Under the pieces are notes generated by a model. That model saw only the letters and a program-made list of their open reading frames with translations. It was not told the DNA's origin and searched no databases. DNA of 37,793 bases, taken from the IMG/VR virus record IMGVR_UViG_3300048578_000409, positions 1 through 37,793 of that record; one strand, 5' to 3'. The translations under genes were made by a program, and so were the position numbers. Below are positions 1 through 8,630 of this stretch, piece after piece. This DNA is from a virus. Taxonomy: Duplodnaviria > Caudoviricetes. How positions within the stretch are numbered: the stretch's first letter is position 1; every line of letters begins with the position of its first letter.

Positions 1-447
1 TCAGACCTTGACCCGCATCAGGCGCTGTTTTTCCCGATCCCAGTCGCGCTGTTTCTCGGTTTCCCGCTTGTCGTGCAGCTTCTTGCCCTTGGCCAGGCCC
101 ACTTCCACCTTCACCCGGCCTCGGGTGTAGTGCAGGTCCAGGGGAATGAGGGCGTAGCCGGCCCGTTCCACCTTGCCGATGAGCTTGTCGATCTGGTCCC
201 GGTGCAAGAGCAACTTGCGGGTGCGGGTGGCTTCGGGGCTGACGTGGGTCGAAGCGGTGTACAGGGGCGTCAGGTGCATGCCCAGCAGCCAGATTTCACC
301 GTTCTTGATGACGACGTAGGACTCCTTGAGATTCACCCGTCCGGCACGAATGGCCTTCACTTCCCACCCTTCGAGGGCGAGACCGGCTTCGATCTTCTCC
401 TCGACGAAGTAGTCGTGAAAGGCTTTCTTGTTGGTGGTGATGCTCAT
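1..447 (-). CDS. smpB: SsrA-binding protein SmpB (host gene)
   Basis: [37 protein letters not shown]...RTRKLLLHR...[13 protein letters not shown] are canonical SmpB motifs. ATG at 447 preferred over the upstream extension. Confidence 0.97.
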   Translation of the reverse strand: MSITTNKKAFHDYFVEEKIEAGLALEGWEVKAIRAGRVNLKESYVVIKNGEIWLLGMHLTPLYTASTHVSPEATRTRKLLLHRDQIDKLIGKVERAGYALIPLDLHYTRGRVKVEVGLAKGKKLHDKRETEKQRDWDREKQRLMRVKV

Positions 448-515
448 TGGGCCGGGCTTTCCGCTAAAATGCGCCATTTTACGGGGATGGCCTAAATAAA
501 GCCATTCCGGATCAT

Positions 516-535
516 TCTTCTACAATCTTCTACAA
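516..535. repeat. Tandem 10-bp direct repeat TCTTCTACAA x2, probable integrase arm-type sites of the left att
   Basis: Exact copies at 516-525 and 526-535 overlap the integrase stop codon, the usual position of arm sites. Confidence 0.55.
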
Positions 536-1525
536 AACCTTGCGCACGGTGTCGGGCATGGTCGTAACCCGTTCTACTTCGCGGATCTTCACGTAGCGAT
601 CCGACATCGCCTTTGAGGCATGGCCCAGAAGGGCCTGGTGATCGAGCCCAATGCGCTTGGCGTCGGTGGCCGCCTTGGCTCTAATGTCGTGGAAGTGGGC
701 ATCTTCCACCTTCGCTGACCGCACTGCCTCTAGCCAGAAGTCATTGAAAGTGGCGTAGCTGTATTGGGTGCCACGGCGGGTGCAGATCAAGCTCATGCCG
801 CGCACCGGGCGGGGTAGTTTCTTGGCTCTGTCGATGGCATCGGCCAGGGCCGTGGTCATTTCGAAGAGCTGCTTCTTTCCGGTCTTCTGCTGTTTGACGT
901 ATAGGCCGTCCGGCCGCACATCCTGCAGCGATATTTTGAGGATGTCTGAGATCCGGGCGCTGGTGATGTAGCAGATGTCCATCGCAACCTTCACCACATC
1001 ATTGGCCTTCTCGTGGATGGCCAGGAATTCTTCATCGGTGATGTAGCGCTCACGGGTTTCAGTTTTAGCGGGGCGAATCTCTCGGGCCGGGTTGGTCTCA
1101 CAGATGCCGCGCCGAATCGCCTGATCGAAAACGTTGGCCATGATGGCCTTGCCGATGTTGGCCTGGTTCGGTGAATGGTGGTTGTCGATCCATTGGGCCA
1201 CGTGCGATGGGCGAATGGCGTTGATCGGGACTGACTCAAACACCACCCTCAGCTTTTTGGCGGCGCTTTCGTACGTGCGCCGGCTGGAAGGCGCAAGATC
1301 CTGGAATTTCTTGCTGACCAGGTACTGATCCAGAAGGTTAACGAACAGCTGGTCGTCACCGTCCATTCCATTTTCGATTTGTGCCCACAGCACCCGGGCC
1401 TTGGCGAGATCGGTATCCAGCGGAATCCACCGTCTGGGCAGGGTCGTCGTCACGTAATAGTACCGCCCGCCCTTGAGGTGCATGCGGGGCGGGAGATCGT
1501 GATTTGAGGTTCTGCGGCGTCCCAT
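530..1525 (-). CDS. int: Phage tyrosine integrase
   Basis: N-terminal MGRRR..DLPPRM arm-binding domain; catalytic R (TSARISD), HDIRAK, LLGH and DRY motifs. Start may be at 1525 or 1534. Confidence 0.95.
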   Translation of the reverse strand: MGRRRTSNHDLPPRMHLKGGRYYYVTTTLPRRWIPLDTDLAKARVLWAQIENGMDGDDQLFVNLLDQYLVSKKFQDLAPSSRRTYESAAKKLRVVFESVPINAIRPSHVAQWIDNHHSPNQANIGKAIMANVFDQAIRRGICETNPAREIRPAKTETRERYITDEEFLAIHEKANDVVKVAMDICYITSARISDILKISLQDVRPDGLYVKQQKTGKKQLFEMTTALADAIDRAKKLPRPVRGMSLICTRRGTQYSYATFNDFWLEAVRSAKVEDAHFHDIRAKAATDAKRIGLDHQALLGHASKAMSDRYVKIREVERVTTMPDTVRKVL

Positions 1526-1535
1526 GGCCGGCATG

Positions 1536-1760
1536 TTAGGCCGCCTTCCGGATGGCTGCAAGATTCAGCGTGACAGCCCTCGGCGCTGCAAGTTGCGACC
1601 CGAGGCGGGTTTCGGCGTAAGCCCGCCCGATGACTGGACGGCCGTTTGCAGATTCAGAGAACACCCAGCCGTGGTCAGTCAGCCATCTCCGCTGGTCAGC
1701 CTTGCGCTTGTATCCGGTCAGGAATTCAACTTCCTGCTGGGTGAGAAATGTGGAAGGCAT
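1536..1760 (-). CDS. DUF4224 excisionase-like protein
   Basis: FLTQQEVEFLTGYKRKADQRRWL...GRPVIGR motif, immediately upstream of int, with AGGAGG RBS. Confidence 0.85.
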   Translation of the reverse strand: MPSTFLTQQEVEFLTGYKRKADQRRWLTDHGWVFSESANGRPVIGRAYAETRLGSQLAAPRAVTLNLAAIRKAA

Positions 1761-1771
1761 GGGTCCTCCTT

Positions 1772-1987
1772 TCAGTTCCAGCCCACAGCGGCCTGGGCCG
1801 CTTCATCGCGCAACAAGGGGCAGTAGCCCATGGCGCAGACACTGCCGGCGTGGTTGTTGCCCTTGCAGCGGCACTGGGTGGTGTCCCAGTCGTCGGGGCG
1901 GCCGGTGAAGTGCTGGCAGGTGTTGCGCATGCGCATGAAGGCGAGCACTACCGGCGCGGCCGGGGAGGGGGGATTGGTGGCTAGCAT
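1772..1987 (-). CDS. Small Cys-rich hypothetical phage protein
   Basis: TAATG stop/start coupling at 1987 with the upstream gene; five Cys in 71 aa. Confidence 0.6.
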   Translation of the reverse strand: MLATNPPSPAAPVVLAFMRMRNTCQHFTGRPDDWDTTQCRCKGNNHAGSVCAMGYCPLLRDEAAQAAVGWN

Positions 1988-2841
1988 TAGGAGGCTCTCC
2001 TGATGCTGGCGATCATTTCGTCAGGAAGAGGGGGGAGAGGTATCCAGTGCGTCGGGTGCGTCTCATGGCCTCCTTCACCGTACCACATCCCCTTTCCACC
2101 ATTCATCAGCGGTTCCCACCAGACAATGCTGATCGCAGACTCGAGATCGCAAATGTCGGGATCCGGGCAAAATCCGATGATGTAGATACCGTGAACATCT
2201 CTGCCCGTTGCGGTGCTTTTTGGTGCGGTTGCTATGGGCTGCCATTGCGGATAATCCATACCTGCTCCGATAGCCTGGCGAAGCTCGTTTATGGATTCGC
2301 TTGCTCGCTTGATGCGATCTGCTTCCTTCTCCGGCGTAACCTCAAATTCATACAGGCGCTGGGCCGCTCCGATAACAGTGCTCCATTTAACGCCGATGCC
2401 AAATCTGCCGCGGCCAACCATGGCTGGCTTATCAAGACGGGGCTCGACCTCTGCAGCAGTTGGAGCCAAGGCCTCCACAATTTCCGCATGATGGCGGGCC
2501 ATGTCGCCGGCTGTACGCCCGTTCCAATCGGATCGGGCCTGGGCATCGCACCAGTCACCATGGGAGCGCAAAATTTCCGCCTCATGAGGATGGGGGTTGA
2601 TAGCAGCCAGGAGGCCTCGCCTGGCTTGCTTGGCGACGGCCTCTGGAACATAGCAGCGGCGGGCTCCGTCAGGGCAGCAGTCGCGATGTCCTGCCTCCGG
2701 GTCGCCGATGTGGCCGCACTCCGGGCAATAGCGGACGGCTCCAGCTGGAGACAGTGCGGACAGCGCGTTGAATGCAGCCCTGGCCGCTTGTTCGCTGCTC
2801 TGGAAGGTGAGCCGCCAGGCTTCGTAGGTCATGTTGCTCAT
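1987..2841 (-). CDS. Mosaic phage early protein with CxxC motif and C-terminal DUF551-like domain
   Basis: Starts MSNMTYEAWRL (ATGA overlap with the ParB stop, GAGGAGG RBS); CPECG...CCPD; ends WQPIATAPK...PTHWIPLPPLP. Confidence 0.75.
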   Translation of the reverse strand: MSNMTYEAWRLTFQSSEQAARAAFNALSALSPAGAVRYCPECGHIGDPEAGHRDCCPDGARRCYVPEAVAKQARRGLLAAINPHPHEAEILRSHGDWCDAQARSDWNGRTAGDMARHHAEIVEALAPTAAEVEPRLDKPAMVGRGRFGIGVKWSTVIGAAQRLYEFEVTPEKEADRIKRASESINELRQAIGAGMDYPQWQPIATAPKSTATGRDVHGIYIIGFCPDPDICDLESAISIVWWEPLMNGGKGMWYGEGGHETHPTHWIPLPPLPDEMIASIRRAS

Positions 2842-5234
2842 TTCCCCTCCTCGAACATATCCACGGTCTTGGTGCAGCGATGGTGGTCTTCGCAGGCCGC
2901 GGCGCGTTGCTTTACTTTCGGTTTTTCGTTCGTCTCGATATCGCTTTTCTCGTTGGCCAGGCTTGCCTGGCCTCTCGATTCGGGGGTTTCGTCGTCGGCC
3001 GGCGCAGCCTGGAGTTGGTCGAGGGTGTTTCCTTCGTTGCGTAGCCAGGATTCCACCCACTTGGGCTTCCGGCCGCGGCCGTTCCAGGTCAGCGTGGGCT
3101 CTTCGGGGTGCATGTACATCACCGCGCCAGCGCAGCTTTTAGGGGGGGAGGGGAGTTTTTCGAGATCGGCGGCCGGCAGGTTGTAGGTGGCCACGTAGGG
3201 ATGGGTCGTCTTGATCGTGGCCTGGTCGCCACTCACGCTCTCGACCTGGCCGGCATGCCCGCAGCACTTGCGCAGGATTCCGTTCGGGCCCTTGGCATCG
3301 TCCTTGACCTTGACCCAGTCGCCGGCGGCGAGGGTGGGCTCCGGAGCTTCGGCGGCCACCAGCTCCACGTCGCCGTGGTCGAGATAGACAATTCCTTCAT
3401 ACCGATCCATTCGCACCATCAGGCCGTACTTCTGGATTTCGGCCACGACGCCTTCCTCACCCATCAGGGATCGCCCATCGCGCTTCGCGTCCGCCCTCAC
3501 CCGTACCCGCTCCCCCACCAGCGCGCGCGATACTTCCGCCGCCGGCGCAGCCTTGGTAGGGGTAGGAGTGCTTTCGGCAGGGGTCGCGGGGGTGGGCGAC
3601 TTGGCTTTTTTGCTCGGCTTGGCGGGCTTTTCTTCCTTGAAGAAGGCCTCGCGCTCGGCTTCCACGTCGATACCGTGCAGGGTGGCCAGGCTGTTGAGGC
3701 GGGCCGGGGTGCTCTTGATGCTGTAGGTGTGGCACTTGAGCTGGCCGGCGACGGCGAGGTCCAGGATCATCTTGCCCAGGTCGGGTACGTTGAGGCGGTG
3801 GATGGTGCTTTCCACCTGGCGCACTCGCTCGTGGATCTCGATCTTCGGGCCGGTGGGGTCTTCGGGGAGCCAGAGCTTGGCAATGGGGATCAGGTCGTCG
3901 TGACCGGTACGGTCCCACATGGTCTGGGCGATGGCCACCAGTTCATCCTTGAAGAAGGCGTATTCCCCGCAGTCGTCATCGGGTTGGGTGCTGGTGAGGC
4001 GGTCGCGCAACCGTTCGTGGAGGTGCTGCCTGAAGGTAGTCTCCTGGCGGGCCTTCTTTTCGTCTTCCTTGTTGCGGTCGAACTCGGGACGGCCGGAGGG
4101 CTTGAGGCCTACGGCCTTGAAGGCTTCGGCCATGGTGGTGGTGTCGACGGCTTCCTTGATTCCTTTTCCGTCCGTCTCGACCACGGCAGTGGCCTGTGCC
4201 TCGGGGTTGGCCTTGGCCAGGATCTCGCGGTTGGTGTAGTAGGTATTCGTCTCGGGGTTGATACCGGCGCTGTGGTTGGTTTCATCCAGCAGCACCAGGC
4301 CTTTGTAGTTGCCGTGGGAGTTTCGGAGCTGGGCCGCTTCTTCGGCTTCGATGACCTTGCGGCCGGCTTCTTCGTGCTGCCGTTTGAGAATTTCCAGGTG
4401 GGCGGCTTTCTTCGCTTCGAAGCAATCCGGGTCAGTGCAGACGTCTACATTGTCGATATCGGGGAAGAGGAATCGGGCGTTTCCTGATCTCTTGGGGCAG
4501 ATGTGGCAGCTGCCGGCGGTAGGAATCAAGGTATGGTCGTCCCGGGGGAAAGTGGCATCGGACAGGAGAAGGGTGTAGCGCTCCCGGCAATGCTTCTGGG
4601 CCTCGCGCACCGACATCTGGCGCTGGTTGTAGGGCCAGCGGGGGCTCTTGCCCAGGATCTCCTCCATGGCCTGCTGCTGCAGCTTGGCGCCGGGGATGCG
4701 GGCGATCAGCAGGGCGGTTGATGGGTCCAGGGTGCCATTGCGGAATTCATCACGGACCTCGGGGCACAGGGTCAGCAGCTTGAGGCGGCCGTAGATGTAG
4801 CCGCGGCTCTTCCCCTTGCCCAGGGCTTCGGCCAGGCCATCCACGGTATAGCCCAGGTTGTCGAGCATGTGGCGGTAGCCTTCGGCCTCTTCCAGCGGGT
4901 GGATGTCTTCCCGCTGCAGGTTCTCGATCATCTGGATCGCGGCCACTTCCTGGTCGGTGAGCTGGCGAACGATGCAGGGGACTTCTTCCAGCTCGGCGAT
5001 GTCAGCGGCCCGGTAGCGGCGTTCGCCGGCGACGATTTCGTAGCTGGGGAGGAAGTCGCCGGCGGGGACGGCTTGCTCTTCCGGCCAGGGGCGCACTACC
5101 AGGGGCTCGATGATGCCGATCTGGCGAATGGAGTCGGCCAGGCTGTTGAGGCTTTCCTGGGGGAAGGACTTGCGCGGGTTGGTGGGGGAACGGCCCAGGC
5201 AGCCCAGGGAGATATGGATGAATTCGGGGGTCAT
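2838..5234 (-). CDS. ParB/Spo0J-family protein with Cys cluster, two KOW/SH3-like segments and a C-terminal H-NS DNA-binding motif
   Basis: NPRK..LADSI..GIIEPL..EIVAGERRYRAA..IENLQREDIHPLEEA; CHICPKRSG..CTDPDCF; YMHPEEPTLTWNGRGRKPKW. GGAGG RBS precedes ATG 5234. Confidence 0.9.
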   Translation of the reverse strand: MTPEFIHISLGCLGRSPTNPRKSFPQESLNSLADSIRQIGIIEPLVVRPWPEEQAVPAGDFLPSYEIVAGERRYRAADIAELEEVPCIVRQLTDQEVAAIQMIENLQREDIHPLEEAEGYRHMLDNLGYTVDGLAEALGKGKSRGYIYGRLKLLTLCPEVRDEFRNGTLDPSTALLIARIPGAKLQQQAMEEILGKSPRWPYNQRQMSVREAQKHCRERYTLLLSDATFPRDDHTLIPTAGSCHICPKRSGNARFLFPDIDNVDVCTDPDCFEAKKAAHLEILKRQHEEAGRKVIEAEEAAQLRNSHGNYKGLVLLDETNHSAGINPETNTYYTNREILAKANPEAQATAVVETDGKGIKEAVDTTTMAEAFKAVGLKPSGRPEFDRNKEDEKKARQETTFRQHLHERLRDRLTSTQPDDDCGEYAFFKDELVAIAQTMWDRTGHDDLIPIAKLWLPEDPTGPKIEIHERVRQVESTIHRLNVPDLGKMILDLAVAGQLKCHTYSIKSTPARLNSLATLHGIDVEAEREAFFKEEKPAKPSKKAKSPTPATPAESTPTPTKAAPAAEVSRALVGERVRVRADAKRDGRSLMGEEGVVAEIQKYGLMVRMDRYEGIVYLDHGDVELVAAEAPEPTLAAGDWVKVKDDAKGPNGILRKCCGHAGQVESVSGDQATIKTTHPYVATYNLPAADLEKLPSPPKSCAGAVMYMHPEEPTLTWNGRGRKPKWVESWLRNEGNTLDQLQAAPADDETPESRGQASLANEKSDIETNEKPKVKQRAAACEDHHRCTKTVDMFEEGK

Positions 5235-5248
5235 GGAGGCCTCCAATG

Positions 5249-5889
5249 TCAGGCGGCAAGCGGTTCGGGCTTGTCGGCGGTTAGGACAAGGGTGCGGTCG
5301 TCCATGTCGATCTGGATCTGGCATCGGGTGCCGGGCCCCAGGCGAAGCTGTACGCCGCTGATGTGGGTCGGGTGTTGCTTGGCCAGGATCTCGATCTCGG
5401 CCAGGGCGGCGCCGAGGCTGGTTCGTGAGCTGGCTTGCTTGGCCGTCACGTTGCCCGCCGGGGGGGAGGGCGCCAACCCTCTTGTCCCCGGCGCTTTCGC
5501 AACGGCACGTCCCTCGGCAAGGACTGGCACGGAGGTGAGGACCGATGACGTGCTGCCGGTGTTTTTTGCCACCGCCGGCTGGGCCTGTTCGTCTAAGCCT
5601 TGGGCGAACGAAGGGGGGTTGATCCGGGCCTGGTAGGCTTCATTCCAGGCGGGCCAGGAAGCGGCCGTCACAGCCTCGCTGAGGCGGTATTCGTGGGAGT
5701 CAAGTTGCCCCGGTCGCTGGATGGTGCAGACGATGAGGAACTGGCTATCCACCGCGTCTTTCAGCAGGGCGGGCACGGCCGTGGGATGGCCGCCGAAGAA
5801 GTAGGCGGCCAAGTCTTCATCCCGTGCCCGCCCTGGTTTTCGATATGGCGCAGGGCCTTCTGCAGCTTGTCTGTGACGGCGGTTTTCAT
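5249..5889 (-). pseudogene. Frameshifted hypothetical gene (possible winged-helix N-terminus), or a sequencing indel
   Basis: ATG 5889, just after the ssb stop, reads MKTAVTDKLQKALRHIENQGG. A continuation in another frame (ARDEDLAAYFFGG...) runs to the stop at 5249. One extra G near 5828 would fuse them. Confidence 0.6.
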
Positions 5890-5894
5890 GGCGG

Positions 5895-6332
5895 TCAGAA
5901 GGGGATGTCGTCGTCGGGGTCGTCCAGGTCCGGCCGCTTGATTTTCGGCGGTTCGGAGGCTTCCCGGGCGGTGCCAGGGTTGGGATTGGCGGATTGGCCG
6001 CCCTTGCCGAGCATCTGCATTTCGGTGGCTTCGATCTCGGTGGTGTAGCGCTCCTGGCCGTCTTTGTCCTGCCACTTGCGGGTGCGGATGCGGCCTTCGA
6101 TGTAGAGGCCGGAACCCTTCTTGACGTACTGGCCCACGATCTCTGCCAACTTGCGGTAGAAGACGACGCGGTGCCACTCGGTGGCCTCGCGCTTCTCGCC
6201 GCTGTTGCGGTCTTTCCAGGTCTCGGTGGTGGCCAGGCGCACGGTGGTGACGGCGTCACCGTTGGGCATGTAGCGGGTTTCCGGGTCGGCACCGATGTTG
6301 CCGAGCAGGATCACCTTGTTGACGGCGGGCAT
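5895..6332 (-). CDS. ssb: Single-stranded DNA-binding protein
   Basis: [49 protein letters not shown]. Confidence 0.97.
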   Translation of the reverse strand: MPAVNKVILLGNIGADPETRYMPNGDAVTTVRLATTETWKDRNSGEKREATEWHRVVFYRKLAEIVGQYVKKGSGLYIEGRIRTRKWQDKDGQERYTTEIEATEMQMLGKGGQSANPNPGTAREASEPPKIKRPDLDDPDDDIPF

Positions 6333-6562
6333 CAGGCACCGCCTTTCAAAAGTTGAAGGGCCTGGTCGATGTGGAACACGGTTGCGCCTTCAATTTCGGC
6401 CGGCGGCTCTTCGATGGTCAGCACCAGGTCGCCATCCTTCGGCTTGATGTCGGCAGCGCACCATTCATCAACGAGGCGCTTGCAGTTGAAGTGCCGCATG
6501 AACTGCTCGGCGTATCGTGTTTTGCCGGACCACTTGGGGCCGTAGATGATGACGATGGCCAT
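6332..6562 (-). CDS. Minimal P-loop protein
   Basis: [11 protein letters not shown] Walker A followed by LVDEW; 76 aa; TGATG coupling. Confidence 0.7.
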   Translation of the reverse strand: MAIVIIYGPKWSGKTRYAEQFMRHFNCKRLVDEWCAADIKPKDGDLVLTIEEPPAEIEGATVFHIDQALQLLKGGA

Positions 6563-6888
6563 CAGACTTTCTCCTCATGGTTGATTGCCCAGCCCCAGAT
6601 CTCGGTGGTCTCGCTGCTGCGGCGGTTGCGGAAGGCGGTGAGGCGGACCCAGCCGGCGGCGCCCAGGACTTTCTTCTGGGCGGTGTTGCCGCCGGCGACG
6701 GTGCAGATGGCGTAGTCGTAGTTGCCCTGGCGCAGCACGTTGGCCTGGTGTTGCTTGAGGGCGTGGCCCTGGCCCTTGCCGCGGTGGTCTTCGGCGACGA
6801 AGAAGCCGTGGCAGATGGCTACCTGGGTCTGGCTGGGCATGCTGTCGATCTGGAAGGAGCCGACAGGGGTGTTGTGGCGGCCGGTCAT
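6562..6888 (-). CDS. GNAT-family acetyltransferase
   Basis: FFVAEDHRGKGQG acetyl-CoA motif A; TVAGGNTAQKKVLGAAGW motif B. Confidence 0.8.
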   Translation of the reverse strand: MTGRHNTPVGSFQIDSMPSQTQVAICHGFFVAEDHRGKGQGHALKQHQANVLRQGNYDYAICTVAGGNTAQKKVLGAAGWVRLTAFRNRRSSETTEIWGWAINHEEKV

Positions 6889-7091
6889 TGGCGGACCCCC
6901 AGGGCTTGGAGGGATGCCTGCTGGTCGAGCTGAGCCAGGCGGGCCTGGAGCTTCTGTCCGGTCTGGGCGTAGGCGTTGCAGGCCTGGCGGTGCCGTTCTT
7001 CTTCTGCGGCCTGGTCCAGGGTGTTGAGGGCGAGGCGGAACTCGAGGAGCTGGCGGTTGAGTGCCTGCAGGAGTTGTCTTAGGCGACGCAT
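6885..7091 (-). CDS. Hypothetical coiled-coil phage protein
   Basis: GGAG RBS; ATGA overlap with the next gene. Confidence 0.6.
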   Translation of the reverse strand: MRRLRQLLQALNRQLLEFRLALNTLDQAAEEERHRQACNAYAQTGQKLQARLAQLDQQASLQALGVRQ

Positions 7092-7273
7092 TGGGGGTTC
7101 TCCTGGTAGGTGGTGGTGACGGGCAGGTAGTCGCCGGCGGCGCGGGGGAGCAGGGCGTGCTGGCGTCCGTTGTAGTAGAGGTGCAGCCCGGCCTGCTCGG
7201 CCTGGAAGGCGATGCTCTGCAGATCGAAGTCTTCGGGCAGGTGGTCGGCGGGGAAGAAGACGGCGGCGATCAC
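7079..7273 (-). CDS. Hypothetical phage protein
   Basis: AAGGAGG RBS; GTGA overlap with the upstream gene. Confidence 0.6.
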   Translation of the reverse strand: MIAAVFFPADHLPEDFDLQSIAFQAEQAGLHLYYNGRQHALLPRAAGDYLPVTTTYQENPQCVA

Positions 7274-7728
7274 GGCTGGGCCTCCTTCGCGGTGCGCTCT
7301 TTGATCAGGTCAGTTAGCTTCTGGCTTGGATCAAGAATTTCGATGTAGAAGGCGTTGCATCCGAGATTAGCGGGCAGGTGGCCCAAGGCGGTCCAGGTGC
7401 GGCTCTCAAAACCACGGTTCTTCTTCGGTTCGTACAGCAGCTGCTGGTTGCAATAGGTGTCTAGCATCTGCATAGCATGCAGGGTTGCTCCAGGTGCTTC
7501 ATCCGGCTGTATGACATGGTGCAGGGCAACTGTTGATCCATTAAAGTCGGGAACAATCTGTAGTTCCACGCTGGTGGCCACGGCGATCTGCTCCACCAGG
7601 TTGCCGATGGCCACCAGGTAGTCGCGCAGCACGATGATCCATTCCTGCCGCTCCTGGGCTTCCTTGGCGATGAGGCGGGAGAAGTGAAGGTGCACCGGGA
7701 TGCGGCGCTTGTCGGGGTCGTATTTCAT
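7270..7728 (-). CDS. Hypothetical phage protein
   Basis: 152-aa ORF in the operon with GAGG RBS; central part has lower GC. Confidence 0.65.
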   Translation of the reverse strand: MKYDPDKRRIPVHLHFSRLIAKEAQERQEWIIVLRDYLVAIGNLVEQIAVATSVELQIVPDFNGSTVALHHVIQPDEAPGATLHAMQMLDTYCNQQLLYEPKKNRGFESRTWTALGHLPANLGCNAFYIEILDPSQKLTDLIKERTAKEAQP

Positions 7729-7735
7729 GGCGGCC

Positions 7736-7975
7736 TCAGTGGAAGAGGGGGGCCCGGTACAGGGTCGGGTTTGCCTCGAGCAGTTCGGCGTGGGCGTTCA
7801 TCCAGCCCTCGCGCCACTTCTCGCTGGCAACAGTGCCCATGGGGTAGGGGTTTTCGGTGATGAAGCGGAAGGGGACGCCCCGGGCAAGGCAGGCCTCGCG
7901 GCCTTCCTGCACGATGCCGGCGTGGGGGTCGGCTTGGGTGGCCTGGGCGGCCGGCGTGTGAATGGCGGGAGTCAT
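7736..7975 (-). CDS. Rmf/CrpP-fold-like small protein
   Basis: EGREAC..G....NPYP.GT....WREGW pattern; GAGGA RBS precedes ATG 7975. Confidence 0.55.
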   Translation of the reverse strand: MTPAIHTPAAQATQADPHAGIVQEGREACLARGVPFRFITENPYPMGTVASEKWREGWMNAHAELLEANPTLYRAPLFH

Positions 7976-8006
7976 GGCAGTGTCCTCGGCCAGATGAATG
8001 GGTGAA

Positions 8007-8369
8007 TTACTCAATGACCAATCTGCGGACGGCACGGGAGCGGAGCTCGTCGTCCTTGTGGGTGCTGTACTTATGGCCGAAGCTGAAGTCCTGATACCAG
8101 GCGAAACCGGAGTCGGACTTGTATTCCTCGCCGGACCAGTACAAGGCGGCTTCGAACTGGTCTTTCAGGTTGGCGAAGAGCAGGGACTGCTCCTGGCGGG
8201 TGGGGAGTTCGCCGCCGATGCTCTCGGCCCAGGCGGTGGCGTCGTTGAAGTTGAGGCGGCTGGTCGGGACTTCGGGCAGCAGGATCAGCCAGTGGCTGGG
8301 CTTGCCGTCTTGCATGACCAGGCCGGCGTTGAGTTGGCCGGCGGGCAGTTCGGGGAGGGTGATTTGCAT
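8007..8369 (-). CDS. DUF1566 (Lcl, C-type-lectin-fold) protein
   Basis: WAESIGGELPTRQEQSLLFANLKDQF..YWSGE..AWYQDF..G...K..ELRSRAVRR. Confidence 0.85.
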   Translation of the reverse strand: MQITLPELPAGQLNAGLVMQDGKPSHWLILLPEVPTSRLNFNDATAWAESIGGELPTRQEQSLLFANLKDQFEAALYWSGEEYKSDSGFAWYQDFSFGHKYSTHKDDELRSRAVRRLVIE

Positions 8370-8417
8370 GATTCGCTCCGGATAGAATGACAAGTTCATT
8401 TACTTGAGGAGGTTCTG

Positions 8418-8630
8418 ATGAAGATCGAAAACCCGCTGGATAAACACCTGGCGATTAACAGACAGATGCCGGATGACTTGAGGGATGCGGTTACAACGCT
8501 TGCGGATCGTCTCGATCTGGCCTGGATGGCTGCTCAATCGGTGTTCGAAGACAAGGCCACGCCAGAGTTGGCGCTAGCGGTGTATGACCGGTTGCTGTCG
8601 GAGTTGCAGGTGCAGCGGTCCTTGTCCTGA
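8418..8630 (+). CDS. Small hypothetical protein antisense to the left early operon
   Basis: Strong GAGGAGG RBS before ATG 8418; helical 70-aa product. Confidence 0.6.
   Translation: MKIENPLDKHLAINRQMPDDLRDAVTTLADRLDLAWMAAQSVFEDKATPELALAVYDRLLSELQVQRSLS

Noticed and set aside
448-530. tmRNA (ssrA) gene or fragment as the attachment site next to smpB
   Set aside because: No GGGGC 5' end or T-arm/CCA 3' end of ssrA is visible here.
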